A stretch of DNA of 64,000 bases, from the NCBI GenBank assembly GCA_964016885.1, contig CAXHJY010001405.1:41063-105062 (forward strand), given 5' to 3'. Below, piece after piece: positions 12,199 to 26,818 of this stretch. Source of the DNA: Eledone cirrhosa. Taxonomy: Eukaryota. The notes beneath the pieces were generated by a model, which had not been told where the DNA came from, ran no database searches, and was given only the letters and a program-made list of their open reading frames with translations. Position 1 is the stretch's first letter. The number at the start of each line of letters is the position of its first letter. Position numbers and translations under genes: made by a program.

Positions 12199-15100
12199 TA
12201 GCTAGCAAGAAGGTAATGATTGAGATGGGTCTTATGCATTTAACAAGCGATTAACAAAAATACAAAATTTGTTCAGTTAAATACGTCCAAAAACCTAAAC
12301 GTATTTAGCACTTAATAGGAACAGAAAATGTGTAGTTTGTTTTAGCGATAGAATGGCTATTTGGACTTGAAATACGAAATGAGAGAGAGAGAGGAGAGAG
12401 AGATGAAGTCTGTACCTTATGTTTACATGATTTTCTTTCGGACAGCAGGCAAAGAAATGAAATTTGGCGAAGTGAATTCCTATCATATATTTATAGGGAG
12501 AGAGAGAGAGAGAGAGAGAGTGCGAGGGTAGGGGGCCACATGATGGCTGTGGGTGTTAGGCGTTTGACCGCCCCGTGCCTTCGAAGAAGGAAGAAGGAAA
12601 GGATTTTGCTTTTTTGCTTTTTTTTTTTGGGGGTTTGAAAATACGTTAGGAATTAAGGTTTGAAAATAGCTAGCAAGAAGGTAATGATTGAGATGGGTCT
12701 TATGCATTTAACAAGCGATTAACAAAAATACAAAATTTGTTCAGTTAAATACGTCCAAAAACCTAAACGTATTTAGCACTTAATAGGAACAGAAAATGTG
12801 TAGTTTGTTTTAGCGATAGAATGGCTATTTGGACTTGAAATACGAAATGAGAGAGAGAGAGGAGAGAGAGATGAAGTCTGTACCTTATGTTTACATGATT
12901 TTCTTTCGGACAGCAGGCAAAGAAATGAAATTTGGCGAAGTGAATTCCTATCATATATTTATAGGGAGAGAGAGAGAGAGAGAGAGAGTGCGAGGGTAGG
13001 GGGCCACATGATGGCTGTGGGTGTTAGGCGTTTGACCGCCCCGTGCCTTCGAAGAAGGAAGAAGGAAAGGATTTTGCTTTTTTGCTTTTTTTTTTGGGGG
13101 GTTTGAAAATACGTTAGGAATTAAGGTTTGAAAATAGCTAGCAAGAAGGTAATGATTGAGATGGGTCTTATGCATTTAACAAGCGATTAACAAAAATACA
13201 AAATTTGTTCAGTTAAATACGTCCAAAAACCTAAACGTATTTAGCACTTAATAGGAACAGAAAATGTGTAGTTTGTTTTAGCGATAGAATGGCTATTTGG
13301 ACTTGAAATACGAAATGAGAGAGAGAGAGGAGAGAGAGATGAAGTCTGTACCTTATGTTTACATGATTTTCTTTCGGACAGCAGGCAAAGAAATGAAATT
13401 TGGCGAAGTGAATTCCTATCATATATTTATAGGGAGAGAGAGAGAGAGAGAGAGAGTGCGAGGGTAGGGGGCCACATGATGGCTGTGGGTGTTAGGCGTT
13501 TGACCGCCCCGTGCCTTCGAAGAAGGAAGAAGGAAAGGATTTTGCTTTTTTGCTTTTTTTTTTGGGGGTTTGAAAATACGTTAGGAATTAAGGTTTGAAA
13601 ATAGCTAGCAAGAAGGTAATGATTGAGATGGGTCTTATGCATTTAACAAGCGATTAACAAAAATACAAAATTTGTTCAGTTAAATACGTCCAAAAACCTA
13701 AACGTATTTAGCACTTAATAGGAACAGAAAATGTGTAGTTTGTTTTAGCGATAGAATGGCTATTTGGACTTGAAATACGAAATGAGAGAGAGAGAGGAGA
13801 GAGAGATGAAGTCTGTACCTTATGTTTACATGATTTTCTTTCGGACAGCAGGCAAAGAAATGAAATTTGGCGAAGTGAATTCCTATCATATATTTATAGG
13901 GAGAGAGAGAGAGAGAGAGAGAGTGCGAGGGTAGGGGGCCACATGATGGCTGTGGGTGTTAGGCGTTTGACCGCCCCGTGCCTTCGAAGAAGGAAGAAGG
14001 AAAGGATTTTGCTTTTTTGCTTTTTTTTTTGGGGGGTTTGAAAATACGTTAGGAATTAAGGTTTGAAAATAGCTAGCAAGAAGGTAATGATTGAGATGGG
14101 TCTTATGCATTTAACAAGCGATTAACAAAAATACAAAATTTGTTCAGTTAAATACGTCCAAAAACCTAAACGTATTTAGCACTTAATAGGAACAGAAAAT
14201 GTGTAGTTTGTTTTAGCGATAGAATGGCTATTTGGACTTGAAATACGAAATGAGAGAGAGAGAGGAGAGAGAGATGAAGTCTGTACCTTATGTTTACATG
14301 ATTTTCTTTCGGACAGCAGGCAAAGAAATGAAATTTGGCGAAGTGAATTCCTATCATATATTTATAGGGAGAGAGAGAGAGAGAGAGAGAGTGCGAGGGT
14401 AGGGGGCCACATGATGGCTGTGGGTGTTAGGCGTTTGACCGCCCCGTGCCTTCGAAGAAGGAAGAAGGAAAGGATTTTGCTTTTTTGCTTTTTTTTTTTG
14501 GGGGTTTGAAAATACGTTAGGAATTAAGGTTTGAAAATAGCTAGCAAGAAGGTAATGATTGAGATGGGTCTTATGCATTTAACAAGCGATTAACAAAAAT
14601 ACAAAATTTGTTCAGTTAAATACGTCCAAAAACCTAAACGTATTTAGCACTTAATAGGAACAGAAAATGTGTAGTTTGTTTTAGCGATAGAATGGCTATT
14701 TGGACTTGAAATACGAAATGAGAGAGAGAGAGGAGAGAGAGATGAAGTCTGTACCTTATGTTTACATGATTTTCTTTCGGACAGCAGGCAAAGAAATGAA
14801 ATTTGGCGAAGTGAATTCCTATCATATATTTATAGGGAGAGAGAGAGAGAGAGAGAGAGTGCGAGGGTAGGGGGCCACATGATGGCTGTGGGTGTTAGGC
14901 GTTTGACCGCCCCGTGCCTTCGAAGAAGGAAGAAGGAAAGGATTTTGCTTTTTTGCTTTTTTTTTTTGGGGGTTTGAAAATACGTTAGGAATTAAGGTTT
15001 GAAAATAGCTAGCAAGAAGGTAATGATTGAGATGGGTCTTATGCATTTAACAAGCGATTAACAAAAATACAAAATTTGTTCAGTTAAATACGTCCAAAAA

Positions 15101-17715
15101 CCTAAACGTATTTAGCACTTAATAGGAACAGAAAATGTGTAGTTTGTTTTAGCGATAGAATGGCTATTTGGACTTGAAATACGAAATGAGAGAGAGAGAG
15201 GAGAGAGAGATGAAGTCTGTACCTTATGTTTACATGATTTTCTTTCGGACAGCAGGCAAAGAAATGAAATTTGGCGAAGTGAATTCCTATCATATATTTA
15301 TAGGGAGAGAGAGAGAGAGAGAGAGAGTGCGAGGGTAGGGGGCCACATGATGGCTGTGGGTGTTAGGCGTTTGACCGCCCCGTGCCTTCGAAGAAGGAAG
15401 AAGGAAAGGATTTTGCTTTTTTGCTTTTTTTTTTTGGGGGTTTGAAAATACGTTAGGAATTAAGGTTTGAAAATAGCTAGCAAGAAGGTAATGATTGAGA
15501 TGGGTCTTATGCATTTAACAAGCGATTAACAAAAATACAAAATTTGTTCAGTTAAATACGTCCAAAAACCTAAACGTATTTAGCACTTAATAGGAACAGA
15601 AAATGTGTAGTTTGTTTTAGCGATAGAATGGCTATTTGGACTTGAAATACGAAATGAGAGAGAGAGAGGAGAGAGAGATGAAGTCTGTACCTTATGTTTA
15701 CATGATTTTCTTTCGGACAGCAGGCAAAGAAATGAAATTTGGCGAAGTGAATTCCTATCATATATTTATAGGGAGAGAGAGAGAGAGAGAGAGAGTGCGA
15801 GGGTAGGGGGCCACATGATGGCTGTGGGTGTTAGGCGTTTGACCGCCCCGTGCCTTCGAAGAAGGAAGAAGGAAAGGATTTTGCTTTTTTGCTTTTTTTT
15901 TTGGGGGGTTTGAAAATACGTTAGGAATTAAGGTTTGAAAATAGCTAGCAAGAAGGTAATGATTGAGATGGGTCTTATGCATTTAACAAGCGATTAACAA
16001 AAATACAAAATTTGTTCAGTTAAATACGTCCAAAAACCTAAACGTATTTAGCACTTAATAGGAACAGAAAATGTGTAGTTGGTTTTAGCGATAGAATGGC
16101 TATTTGGACTTGAAATACGAAATGAGAGAGAGAGAGGAGAGAGAGATGAAGTCTGTACCTTATGTTTACATGATTTTCTTTCGGACAGCAGGCAAAGAAA
16201 TGAAATTTGGCGAAGTGAATTCCTATCATATATTTATAGGGAGAGAGAGAGAGAGAGAGAGAGTGCGAGGGTAGGGGGCCACATGATGGCTGTGGGTGTT
16301 AGGCGTTTGACCGCCCCGTGCCTTCGAAGAAGGAAGAAGGAAAGGATTTTGCTTTTTTGCTTTTTTTTTTTGGGGGTTTGAAAATACGTTAGGAATTAAG
16401 GTTTGAAAATAGCTAGCAAGAAGGTAATGATTGAGATGGGTCTTATGCATTTAACAAGCGATTAACAAAAATACAAAATTTGTTCAGTTAAATACGTCCA
16501 AAAACCTAAACGTATTTAGCACTTAATAGGAACAGAAAATGTGTAGTTTGTTTTAGCGATAGAATGGCTATTTGGACTTGAAATACGAAATGAGAGAGAG
16601 AGAGGAGAGAGAGATGAAGTCTGTACCTTATGTTTACATGATTTTCTTTCGGACAGCAGGCAAAGAAATGAAATTTGGCGAAGTGAATTCCTATCATATA
16701 TTTATAGGGAGAGAGAGAGAGAGAGAGAGAGTGCGAGGGTAGGGGGCCACATGATGGCTGTGGGTGTTAGGCGTTTGACCGCCCCGTGCCTTCGAAGAAG
16801 GAAGAAGGAAAGGATTTTGCTTTTTTGCTTTTTTTTTTTGGGGGTTTGAAAATACGTTAGGAATTAAGGTTTGAAAATAGCTAGCAAGAAGGTAATGATT
16901 GAGATGGGTCTTATGCATTTAACAAGCGATTAACAAAAATACAAAATTTGTTCAGTTAAATACGTCCAAAAACCTAAACGTATTTAGCACTTAATAGGAA
17001 CAGAAAATGTGTAGTTTGTTTTAGCGATAGAATGGCTATTTGGACTTGAAATACGAAATGAGAGAGAGAGAGGAGAGAGAGATGAAGTCTGTACCTTATG
17101 TTTACATGATTTTCTTTCGGACAGCAGGCAAAGAAATGAAATTTGGCGAAGTGAATTCCTATCATATATTTATAGGGAGAGAGAGAGAGAGAGAGAGAGT
17201 GCGAGGGTAGGGGGCCACATGATGGCTGTGGGTGTTAGGCGTTTGACCGCCCCGTGCCTTCGAAGAAGGAAGAAGGAAAGGATTTTGCTTTTTTGCTTTT
17301 TTTTTTGGGGGGTTTGAAAATACGTTAGGAATTAAGGTTTGAAAATAGCTAGCAAGAAGGTAATGATTGAGATGGGTCTTATGCATTTAACAAGCGATTA
17401 ACAAAAATACAAAATTTGTTCAGTTAAATACGTCCAAAAACCTAAACGTATTTAGCACTTAATAGGAACAGAAAATGTGTAGTTTGTTTTAGCGATAGAA
17501 TGGCTATTTGGACTTGAAATACGAAATGAGAGAGAGAGAGGAGAGAGAGATGAAGTCTGTACCTTATGTTTACATGATTTTCTTTCGGACAGCAGGCAAA
17601 GAAATGAAATTTGGCGAAGTGAATTCCTATCATATATTTATAGGGAGAGAGAGAGAGAGAGAGAGAGTGCGAGGGTAGGGGGCCACATGATGGCTGTGGG
17701 TGTTAGGCGTTTGAC
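12199..17715 (-). repeat. 468-bp tandem array, ~11.8 near-identical copies, forming the 5' end of RTE A1
   Basis: Unit starts TAGCTAGCAAGAAGG at 12199, 12667, etc. Copies differ only at a T/G homopolymer boundary and one SNP (16081). Confidence 0.97.
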
Positions 17716-18789
<1,074 letters not shown>

Positions 18790-20127
18790 TATTAATATAA
18801 GCAGAACAAGCAAAATTCAACCAATCTTTTAAAATAAATTAAAAAATATAATTTAAATATTTACCTATTCATATGGCTCTTACCGATCGGTTTCTCTGAT
18901 GAGCCTTGATTTTCCATTAGAAATCCATTGGGTCTCTGGTGTTTTACAAGGCGAAACCGATCGGTAAGAGCCATATGAATAGGTAAATATTTAAATTATA
19001 TTTTTTAATTTATTTTAAAAAATTGGTTGAATTTTGCTTGTTCTGCTTATATTAATACTATAGTTCTGGTATGTCAAATTGATACCATAGAACAACCTTA
19101 AATCATAGACAACCTATGTATTTCCAAGGGTACCTAGTACCCACGGGCTTACTAACTTCTTCTATCACCCTCCATTTGTTGAGAACAATCACGTTGATTC
19201 TATTTAGCTGCTATTTTTAGTAACGAGATAGACAACACGTCTATGTTTTTCCCGCTTTAACCTCGGGTAGTTCACGTACAGGTCATTTTTCGGCCTTTTG
19301 GACCTGTGCTAGCTGGCAGATAACAATATATTTTATCGTTCCTGGGTCTTTAGCCCTAGGAAAGGAAAATGCTTCTCTGATGAGCCTTGATTTTCCATTA
19401 GAAATCCATTGGGTCTCTGGTGTTTTACAAGGCGAAACCGATCGGCAAGAGCCATATGAATAGGTAAATATTTAAATTATATTTTTTAATTTATTTTAAA
19501 AAATTGGTTGAATTTTGCTTGTTCTGCTTATATTAATATTATAGTTCTGGTATGTCAAATTGATACCATAGAACAACCTTAAATCATAGACAACCTATGT
19601 ATTTCCAAGGGTACCTAGTACCCACGGGCTTACTAACTTCTTCTATCACCCTCCATTTGTTGAGAACAATCACGTTGATTCTATTTAGCTGCTATTTTTA
19701 GTAACGAGATAGACAACACGTCTATGTTTTTCCCGCTTTAACCTCGGGTAGTTCACGTACAGGTCATTTTTCGGCCTTTTGGACCTGTGCTAGCTGGCAG
19801 ATAACAATATATTTTATCGTTCCTGGGTCTTTAGCCCTAGGAAAGGAAAATGCTTCTCTGATGAGCCTTGATTTTCCATTAGAAATCCATTGGGTCTCTG
19901 GTGTTTTACAAGGCGAAACCGATCGGTAAGAGCCATATGAATAGGTAAATATTTAAATTATATTTTTTAATTTATTTTAAAAAATTGGTTGAATTTTGCT
20001 TGTTCTGCTTATATTAATATTATAGTTCTGGTATGTCAAATTGATACCATAGAACAACCTTAAATCATAGACAACCTATGTATTTCCAAGGGTACCTAGT
20101 ACCCACGGGCTTACTAACTTCTTCTAT
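18790..20127 (+). mobile_element. Retrozyme-like element: 105-bp 5' inverted arm plus ~2.6 tandem 481-bp units, each with a hammerhead
   Basis: CTGATGA occurs at 18896, 19377 and 19858. 18790-18894 is the reverse complement of 18953-19057. No ORF; flanked by (TA)n. Confidence 0.88.
19852..19933 (+). ncRNA. Type I hammerhead ribozyme (intact copy; other copies ~18893-18971 and 19371-19452)
   Basis: gcttct CTGATGA gccttg-[long loop]-caaggc GAAA ccgatcgg TA agagc: palindromic stem III, GUA triplet. Confidence 0.85.
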
Positions 20128-20160
20128 ATGTATATATATGTATATATATGTATATATATG

Positions 20161-20191
<31 letters not shown>

Positions 20192-20670
20192 GTATATATA
20201 GTTGAGCAGTTGAAGTATAAGGACGTGTTTTTACTTCTCTCCCCGAGTAAGCAGCAAGTCACACAGCCACAAAACAAAACCACAAGACAAAACCAAACAA
20301 ACAAAAATTGACCGGTTAATACATTTTCATACATCTATATTATTATATATTTGAAAATTGACCGGTTAATACATTTTTCATACATCTATATTATTATATA
20401 TTTGAAACCACGTGTTTTCGAACTTGTGAGTACATTTTCCTTTAACTACAAATTATTATTATATACTTTCGTCTTTTCATTAACTTAATTAATTTCAAAT
20501 AACCAGAATATACATATATATATATATATATATACTCATATTTATATATATACGCTTCTCACTCACACACAAGAAAAACAAAAAACAAAAATAAATCAAA
20601 AATAAATTTAAAAAAAATATATATATATATTGAAATACTTAACTAAAACACACACACACTCAAAACTAGA

Positions 20671-21831
20671 ATGACTAACCAGTAAAAATCCAAACAGAAC
20701 TGGTCTGATAATGAAATCGACATTCTAATAAACACATGGCATTGCCTTTCCCAAACAGAAGATATACATGCTTCATCTCTGAACGACATTGCTAAACGTA
20801 CAGTTCAATTTTTGAAAACTCGATCTGAACAACAGATTCAAAATAAATTAAAGCAAATCGAAATTGCTTTTAAATTAATCAATAAACATTTGGATAAACT
20901 ACGGTGTGTTTTCTCTTCGAATGCTGTCCAGCAGCAGCAGCAACAACAACAGCAGCTACAACAGCAACAACAACAACAGCTACAACAACAACATCAACAA
21001 CAGCTACAACAACAACATCAACAACAGCAACAACAACAACAACGACAACAACAGTGTGAACCACTCCTTGATTCATCAACAATGGCCGATCTACTAAATG
21101 AAACTATTGACCCCCAGTAGCCTCCGTCTCACAGCATGAAACGCCACATCCTTTCTCTGGCCCAGCAGTCCAATCATCACCACTGCCAACATCTCTACCT
21201 ACTACTACTACTACAACATTTTTGTCTACTGCTATGTCAAGGAATTTACCTTCTAATACCAGAACAAGAACTCTCCCTCCCACAGTCCACAAAGGTCGTC
21301 AAATCCTACCCAAACCATCATCTACACCTCTCACAACACCCACACCCACACACTCGAAACCCCACCATTTGCCGCTACTCTCTACACTATAGAATATGTA
21401 CGGATAGTGGCTGCAAATTCACCCATTTACCTAGGACAAAACGATCTATCCCCACAAACAGCCACCACCATAATACATACTCTAATTTAACACCAACACA
21501 ACCACCAATAACTCAAACAAGGAATCCACAAATCTGCCGTTTTTCCCTGCGAGACAGATTGTGTTTAGACCGGGATTGTCCCTTTACCCATCTCCCGGGG
21601 ACCCGTCGGATAAATGAAAATAAAATTAAAAATAAAAGCAAAAACAAAAACCATAACCTACATAAAAATAACCACTACCACAGTCACCAACAGTCTTCTA
21701 AACAGGGAACTTCTTCCTCTTTTTTAGCCATAATGAATCTGGCAAAAGAACTGGAAAAAAACATTCGAGCTATCACCCAGCACCACCCTCCACTATCACC
21801 CCACTGCACAAACTCCCATTGCTGCCATTAA
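20671..21831 (+). pseudogene. LINE ORF1: Myb/SANT-like N-terminus, polyQ, two CCCH zinc fingers
   Basis: ATG at 20671; in-frame stops at 20683 and 21118. NWSDNEIDILINTW...RSEQQIQNKLK; (CAA/CAG)n at 20929-21054; CRYSLHYRICTDSGCKFTH and CRFSLRDRLCLDRDCPFTH. Confidence 0.75.
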
Positions 21832-24800
21832 CAAACAAACAAATTAACAACACACCAAAACAATTAAAACCATCCACTCTCGCCTCTACATTTTTGCTTA
21901 ACGCCCAAGGCATCAGCCCTTCCACCAATACTCAAAAATGGAAGATCACATTCCTGGAGGACTGGATTGATGTCCATCCAAACCACATCCCTTTCTTCGT
22001 CCTCACTGAAACCCATCTCAGTAACCTCCACTTGGAAGCCGAGGTGAAAGTGAAAAATTTCAAAGCCACCCGTGCTGATCGCGCTGGCAGAAGAAAGGGC
22101 GGAACTGCCATTTATGTCCATAATTCTTTCTCAACAGAGGCTATGAACATATTCACTAATGGATACTGTGAGGCAGTCACTGTATTCAGTCAAACCAACA
22201 ACCTATTAGTAGTTGGGCTCTATAGGCCACCCCAAACGCCTGTACCATGCTTCAAGGAATGCCTCAACAGCATAAAGTGTTTCATCCAAGAGTGTCACCC
22301 TGACAACATCTTAATGATGGGGGACTTCAACCTCCCCGGAGTTGACTGGTCCACAAACACCCTGCCACCAGGTTCTTCTGCCTCAACCTCTGACAGGGAA
22401 GCTGTGGAATCGCTTCTTGACTTCATGGATGATTTCTTCCTATCCCAACTAGTGCTCGAACCAACGAGGTGCCACAAAAACGTCCTAGACTTAATTTTCA
22501 GCAATCACACTGACAATATCCACAATATTGCAGTGGAGAAAACTCTACTCTCTGATCATGACATGGTTCTCTGTGATCTGAGATTCCACCGTCCAATATA
22601 CAAACCCAATGTCATCTCTCCTGTCCATCCGTTTGACGCTATGGATTTCCACAATGCAAACTGGGAAGCGATCAGTCATGATCTTGCACATGTCGACTGG
22701 TCCTTCACGCACACTCATACACCCACTAACATCAAAAAGTCCTGGCAGACATTTGTGGACACTGTTACAAACATATGTGCTAAACACACCCCATTAAGAA
22801 CTATAAACAAATCTAAGAGCAGAATCCCTAGAAATAGAAAAACGCTCATCAGAAAAATTAAGAGAACGAACAAAAAAATCAACAAGCTGAAATACTGTCA
22901 GCAGCAACACATCAACTTGACTGCCATTTCATCACTAGAGATTAAAAAACATAACCTCCAAAACAACATAATGTCCCTCATCAACAATCAGAGAAGAGCT
23001 GAAGAGGCCTGGGCCATTGAGAAGATCAAACTCAATCCCAAAGTGTTCTTTTCATTTGCAAAAAAACACAAAATCACTGGCTCTACTGTTGGCCCTCTAA
23101 TTGATGAAAATGGCACTCTTCAAGATAATGCTAAAACCATGGGTGAGATACTGCAGAAACAATACTGCTCTGTTTTCAGCAATCCTGATATGGCCGATCT
23201 GGGCTGTATCGGCGATGTTACTCCCCATTACACCTTATCGGACATAACGTTTGGCGCCCCTGATGTCTTGGCGGCAATAAAGGAAATCAAGCATAATTCA
23301 GCAGTAGGTTCCGATAGGTTCCCTGCTTGTGTCTTGAAGGCGTGTCAACACCAACTTGCATCTCCTCTTGCCAATCTGTGGCGGAACTCACTGGATGCTG
23401 GATATGTGCCAGAAAACCTTCTATCCCAGTCTGTTGTCCCAGTTTTCAAAAAGGGAAACAAATCCCTTGCCGTGAATTACCGTCCAATCTCACTCACCTC
23501 TCATATCATTAAGGTATTTGAGCGAGTGGTGAGATCGCGAATGACCCACTTCCTTGAGAGTAACAATATGCTGAACTCCAACCAGCATGGATTCCGTAAT
23601 GGAAGGGATTGCCTGACGCAACTACTGCATCACTTTGATGACATTTTGAGAGCCTTGGGAGAGGGTTCCAACACTGATGTTATCTACCTTGATTTCAGCA
23701 AGGCCTTTGACAGGGTTGATCATAACATTCTACTGAGAAAGCTGTCCAATATTGGTGTCACTGGAAAGCTGCTGCAGTGGATCAAGAGCTTCCTGTCAAA
23801 CAGAACCCAACATGTTGTAGTTGAGGGAGTCAAATCAAGCCCAGCCAAAGTCAGTAGTGGAGTCCCACAAGGCACTGTGTTGGGCCCACTTCTCTTCATC
23901 ATCTATATTAATGACATCACTGACATCATCAAACACAGCAACATTAAAATTTCCGTTGATGATTCCAAGCTCCAAAAGGTCATCAATGGCGTGGATGACC
24001 GGATAAGCCTTCAGTCAGACCTACTGGCTGTTACCCAATGGGCAGAAAAGAACAACATGTTACTGAACGAAGACAAATTCGAACTGATCCACTTTGGAAA
24101 AGAGGATGCTCTGAAACTCCCGTAGTCCCTTCCCTCCGGGGAAACTCTCGTGGCATCTAACAACATCAGAGACTTGGGAGTAACCGTGGACAGCAACATA
24201 AGCTGGACCACGCATATAAGCAGCAAAGTTGACATGGCCCGCAGAATGTGTTCCTGGATCCTCAGAACCTTCCAGTCGAGAGATTCCCGCACCATTATCC
24301 TTCTCTTCTCTACTTTCGCCCGACCACACCTTGAATACTGTTGTCCACTGTGGTCTCCCCACACGAAACAAAGTATCATGAAACTTGAAGCTCCTCAAAG
24401 GGCAATCACGAAAAAGATAGATGGCATGTCAGACCTTGACTACTGGGGTCGATTGGAAAACCTGAAACTTTACTCACTCCAACGTCGCCGTGAGCGTTAT
24501 ATTATCTGCATGATGTGGAAAATGTTCCATCATCACTGCCCAAATGATGTTGGCATCGCCTTCAAGATACACCCAAGGCTTGGGCCCCGTGCTATCCGTC
24601 CCATTCAAAAATCTAAATCGCAACTCATAACAACAATACGGCACAATTATTTCACCTCAATCGGCCCTGCTCTCTTCAACATCACACCAGGACACGTCAA
24701 AACAGAAACTGACCACACAAAATTCAAGAAGTCTTTGGACAAATTCCTCCAAGTAATCCCGGACAAACCACCCACACCCGGATATGTCTCCGCAAACAGT

Positions 24801-24839
24801 AATTCTCTTCTCGAATGGGCCATGGTGCCCAAATCCTGA
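21819..24839 (+). pseudogene. LINE ORF2 (APE-RT) with a premature stop and an altered catalytic motif
   Basis: LTETHL, YRPP, MGDFN, LDL, SDH; [24 protein letters not shown] at 23952-23963 (FADD in the sister copy) and TAG at 24123-24125 (TAC in the sister copy). Confidence 0.92.
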
Positions 24840-24960
24840 ATTGAAAGACTTCGCCAGGTGGTGCTATTAAGTTAGACATGGCCTGGGCCAATACTGGCCA
24901 AAACATTTCAAAGTTATTCAAAGTTATATACATATACATATACACATATATATATACATA

Positions 24961-25362
24961 TAAAATACGTAGTTTGGAAAGCCACAACAATGCAGAGGGA
25001 AATCTCGAGGTAGGAAGTGAATGATAGATAGGAGAAACAGGAGAAAGTGAAAATTGAGAGAGACAAAGATGAAAACAAAACAAAGGTAGAAGGGTTACCG
25101 TAGTGGAGATTTAATCCCAATATTTCGGAACTTTCCCCCGTTGATGGGCATGAGCCCGAAATATTGGGATTAAATCTCCACTACGGTAACCCTTCTACCT
25201 TTGTTTTGTTTTCATCTTTGTCTCTCTCAATTTTCACTTTCTCCTGTTTCTCCTATCTATCATTCACTTCCTACCTCGAGATTTCCCTCTGCATTGTTGT
25301 GGCTTTCCAAACTACGTATTTTACACATTTCACAATGCTTCAAGCAAACTTTAACACCCTCA
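24961..25362 (+). mobile_element. Non-coding hairpin element (~160-bp inverted arms) with a hammerhead-like motif at the loop
   Basis: 24961-25118 is the reverse complement of ~25166-25323. Loop/right arm reads tccc CCGTTGA t gggc-atga-gccc GAAA ta TT ggga. Flanked by (TA)n. Confidence 0.7.
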
Positions 25363-25563
25363 TATATACATATATATATACACATATATATATACATACA
25401 TATATATATACACATATATATATACATACATATATATATACACATATATATATATACATATACATATATATATATATATACATACATATATATATATACA
25501 TACATATATATATATACATATACATATATATATATATACATACATATATACATATACATATAT

Positions 25564-26761
25564 ATCATCATCATCAACGTTTAACGTCCGTGTTCCACGC
25601 TTGCATGGGTTTGGACGGGAGTAGTCCCACTTGAGGCAAGAGTGATTGTCTTGCTCGCATAGGACTGTCTGGCAGGTTTTCTACAGTTGGATGCCCTTCC
25701 TAACACCAACCACATTTACAGTGTGGGTCTGGGAGGTTTTTACCGTGTTGCCTACACGGCCACATTACAGCGTGGACTGTGTGTTTTTTTGTCGTGACAC
25801 CTACACGATCTCATTTGTTTCGGCCTGGATGGCGCGGCACCAACATAACTTTACATAGAACGGGGTGGTGTGGATGGGGTGGGGTGTGTGTGTGTGTGGG
25901 GGGGGGGTGTATTTTGTTAGAGATGCCTACTGGCAAGGCGGGTCTTCTCTGTTACTGAGTACCGCCAAAGGTCTCGGTCCAGTGACATTGTCTTGGAGAG
26001 GTGTAAGTGTGTGAGGTCGGAGTTTATCAGCTCATCCCATGTTTTTCTAGGTCTGCCTTTTCCGTGGCTACCGTCTATCTTTATTGCCCTGCACTTTGTT
26101 ATACAGCTATCGACTTTCATGCGCATCACGTGTCGATACCAACGCAGCCTTCTCTCGAGTAAACAACATCTGATCCCTCTTATCTCTAATTTTTTCCTTA
26201 GTTCGTTTATGCTTTGCCGTTCACGTATATTACTGTTACACATCCAGCGGAGCATGCAAGCTTCGTTCCTCTCTAGTCTGCGTATATCCTCTGCACACAA
26301 TGCCCAGGTCTCACTACCATGCAACATTGCTGTTCGTATGCAGGCATCGTACAACCTGCCTTTCATTTTTAGGGAGAACCCTTTAGCAGCTAATAGTGGT
26401 ATAAGCTCTCTGAACTTTTTCCAACCAGTTCTGACTCTAGCTACAGTACTTTCAGAGCACCCTCCCCCACTGCTGATTTTATCGCCTAGGTAACGGAAGC
26501 TGTCCACTATTTCTATAGAACCCTCTGCGCAATTGAAAGAGCTAGTATTTTGTGGGCACTTGCTGCTACTTATTGCACCAGAACACCGGCCACATGTAAA
26601 ATCTATGTTCTTAGTTAGCTTACCTGTGATCCCACTACATCTTTTATGCACCCATACTTTGCATTTAGGACATAAAATGGAGTTTCTACCTACGCCTTTC
26701 CTACACACCGAGCACGACCATTTCCCAAAAGGGACCGCCGCCTTGTTTTCTTTCCTACAAA
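25564..26761 (-). mobile_element. 5'-truncated RTE family A copy
   Basis: Near-identical to the 3' 1.2 kb of A1 and A3; (GAT)n tail. Confidence 0.95.
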
Positions 26762-26818
26762 TATATACATACATATATACATATACATATATACATATAC
26801 ATATATATATATATATAT

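Larger units (their letters stand above)
8405..17715 (-). mobile_element. RTE-clade LINE family A, copy A1, with intact ORF and 5' tandem monomer array
   Basis: (GAT)n tail at 8405-8428, 3' UTR, single APE-RT ORF, 5' UTR, then a 468-bp array. Both ends lie in (TA)n. Confidence 0.92.
20201..24926 (+). mobile_element. Apparently full-length CR1-group (CR1/L2-like) LINE, inactivated
   Basis: 5' UTR, ORF1, APE-RT ORF2, short 3' UTR with a (TTCAAAGTTA)2 tail. Flanked by (TA)n. Confidence 0.9.

Noticed and set aside
12295-17633. Repeated 63/74-aa ORFs as a tandem gene family
   Set aside because: They span GA and T runs of the 468-bp monomer, one copy is frameshifted, and they are not conserved in the homologous 553-bp monomer.
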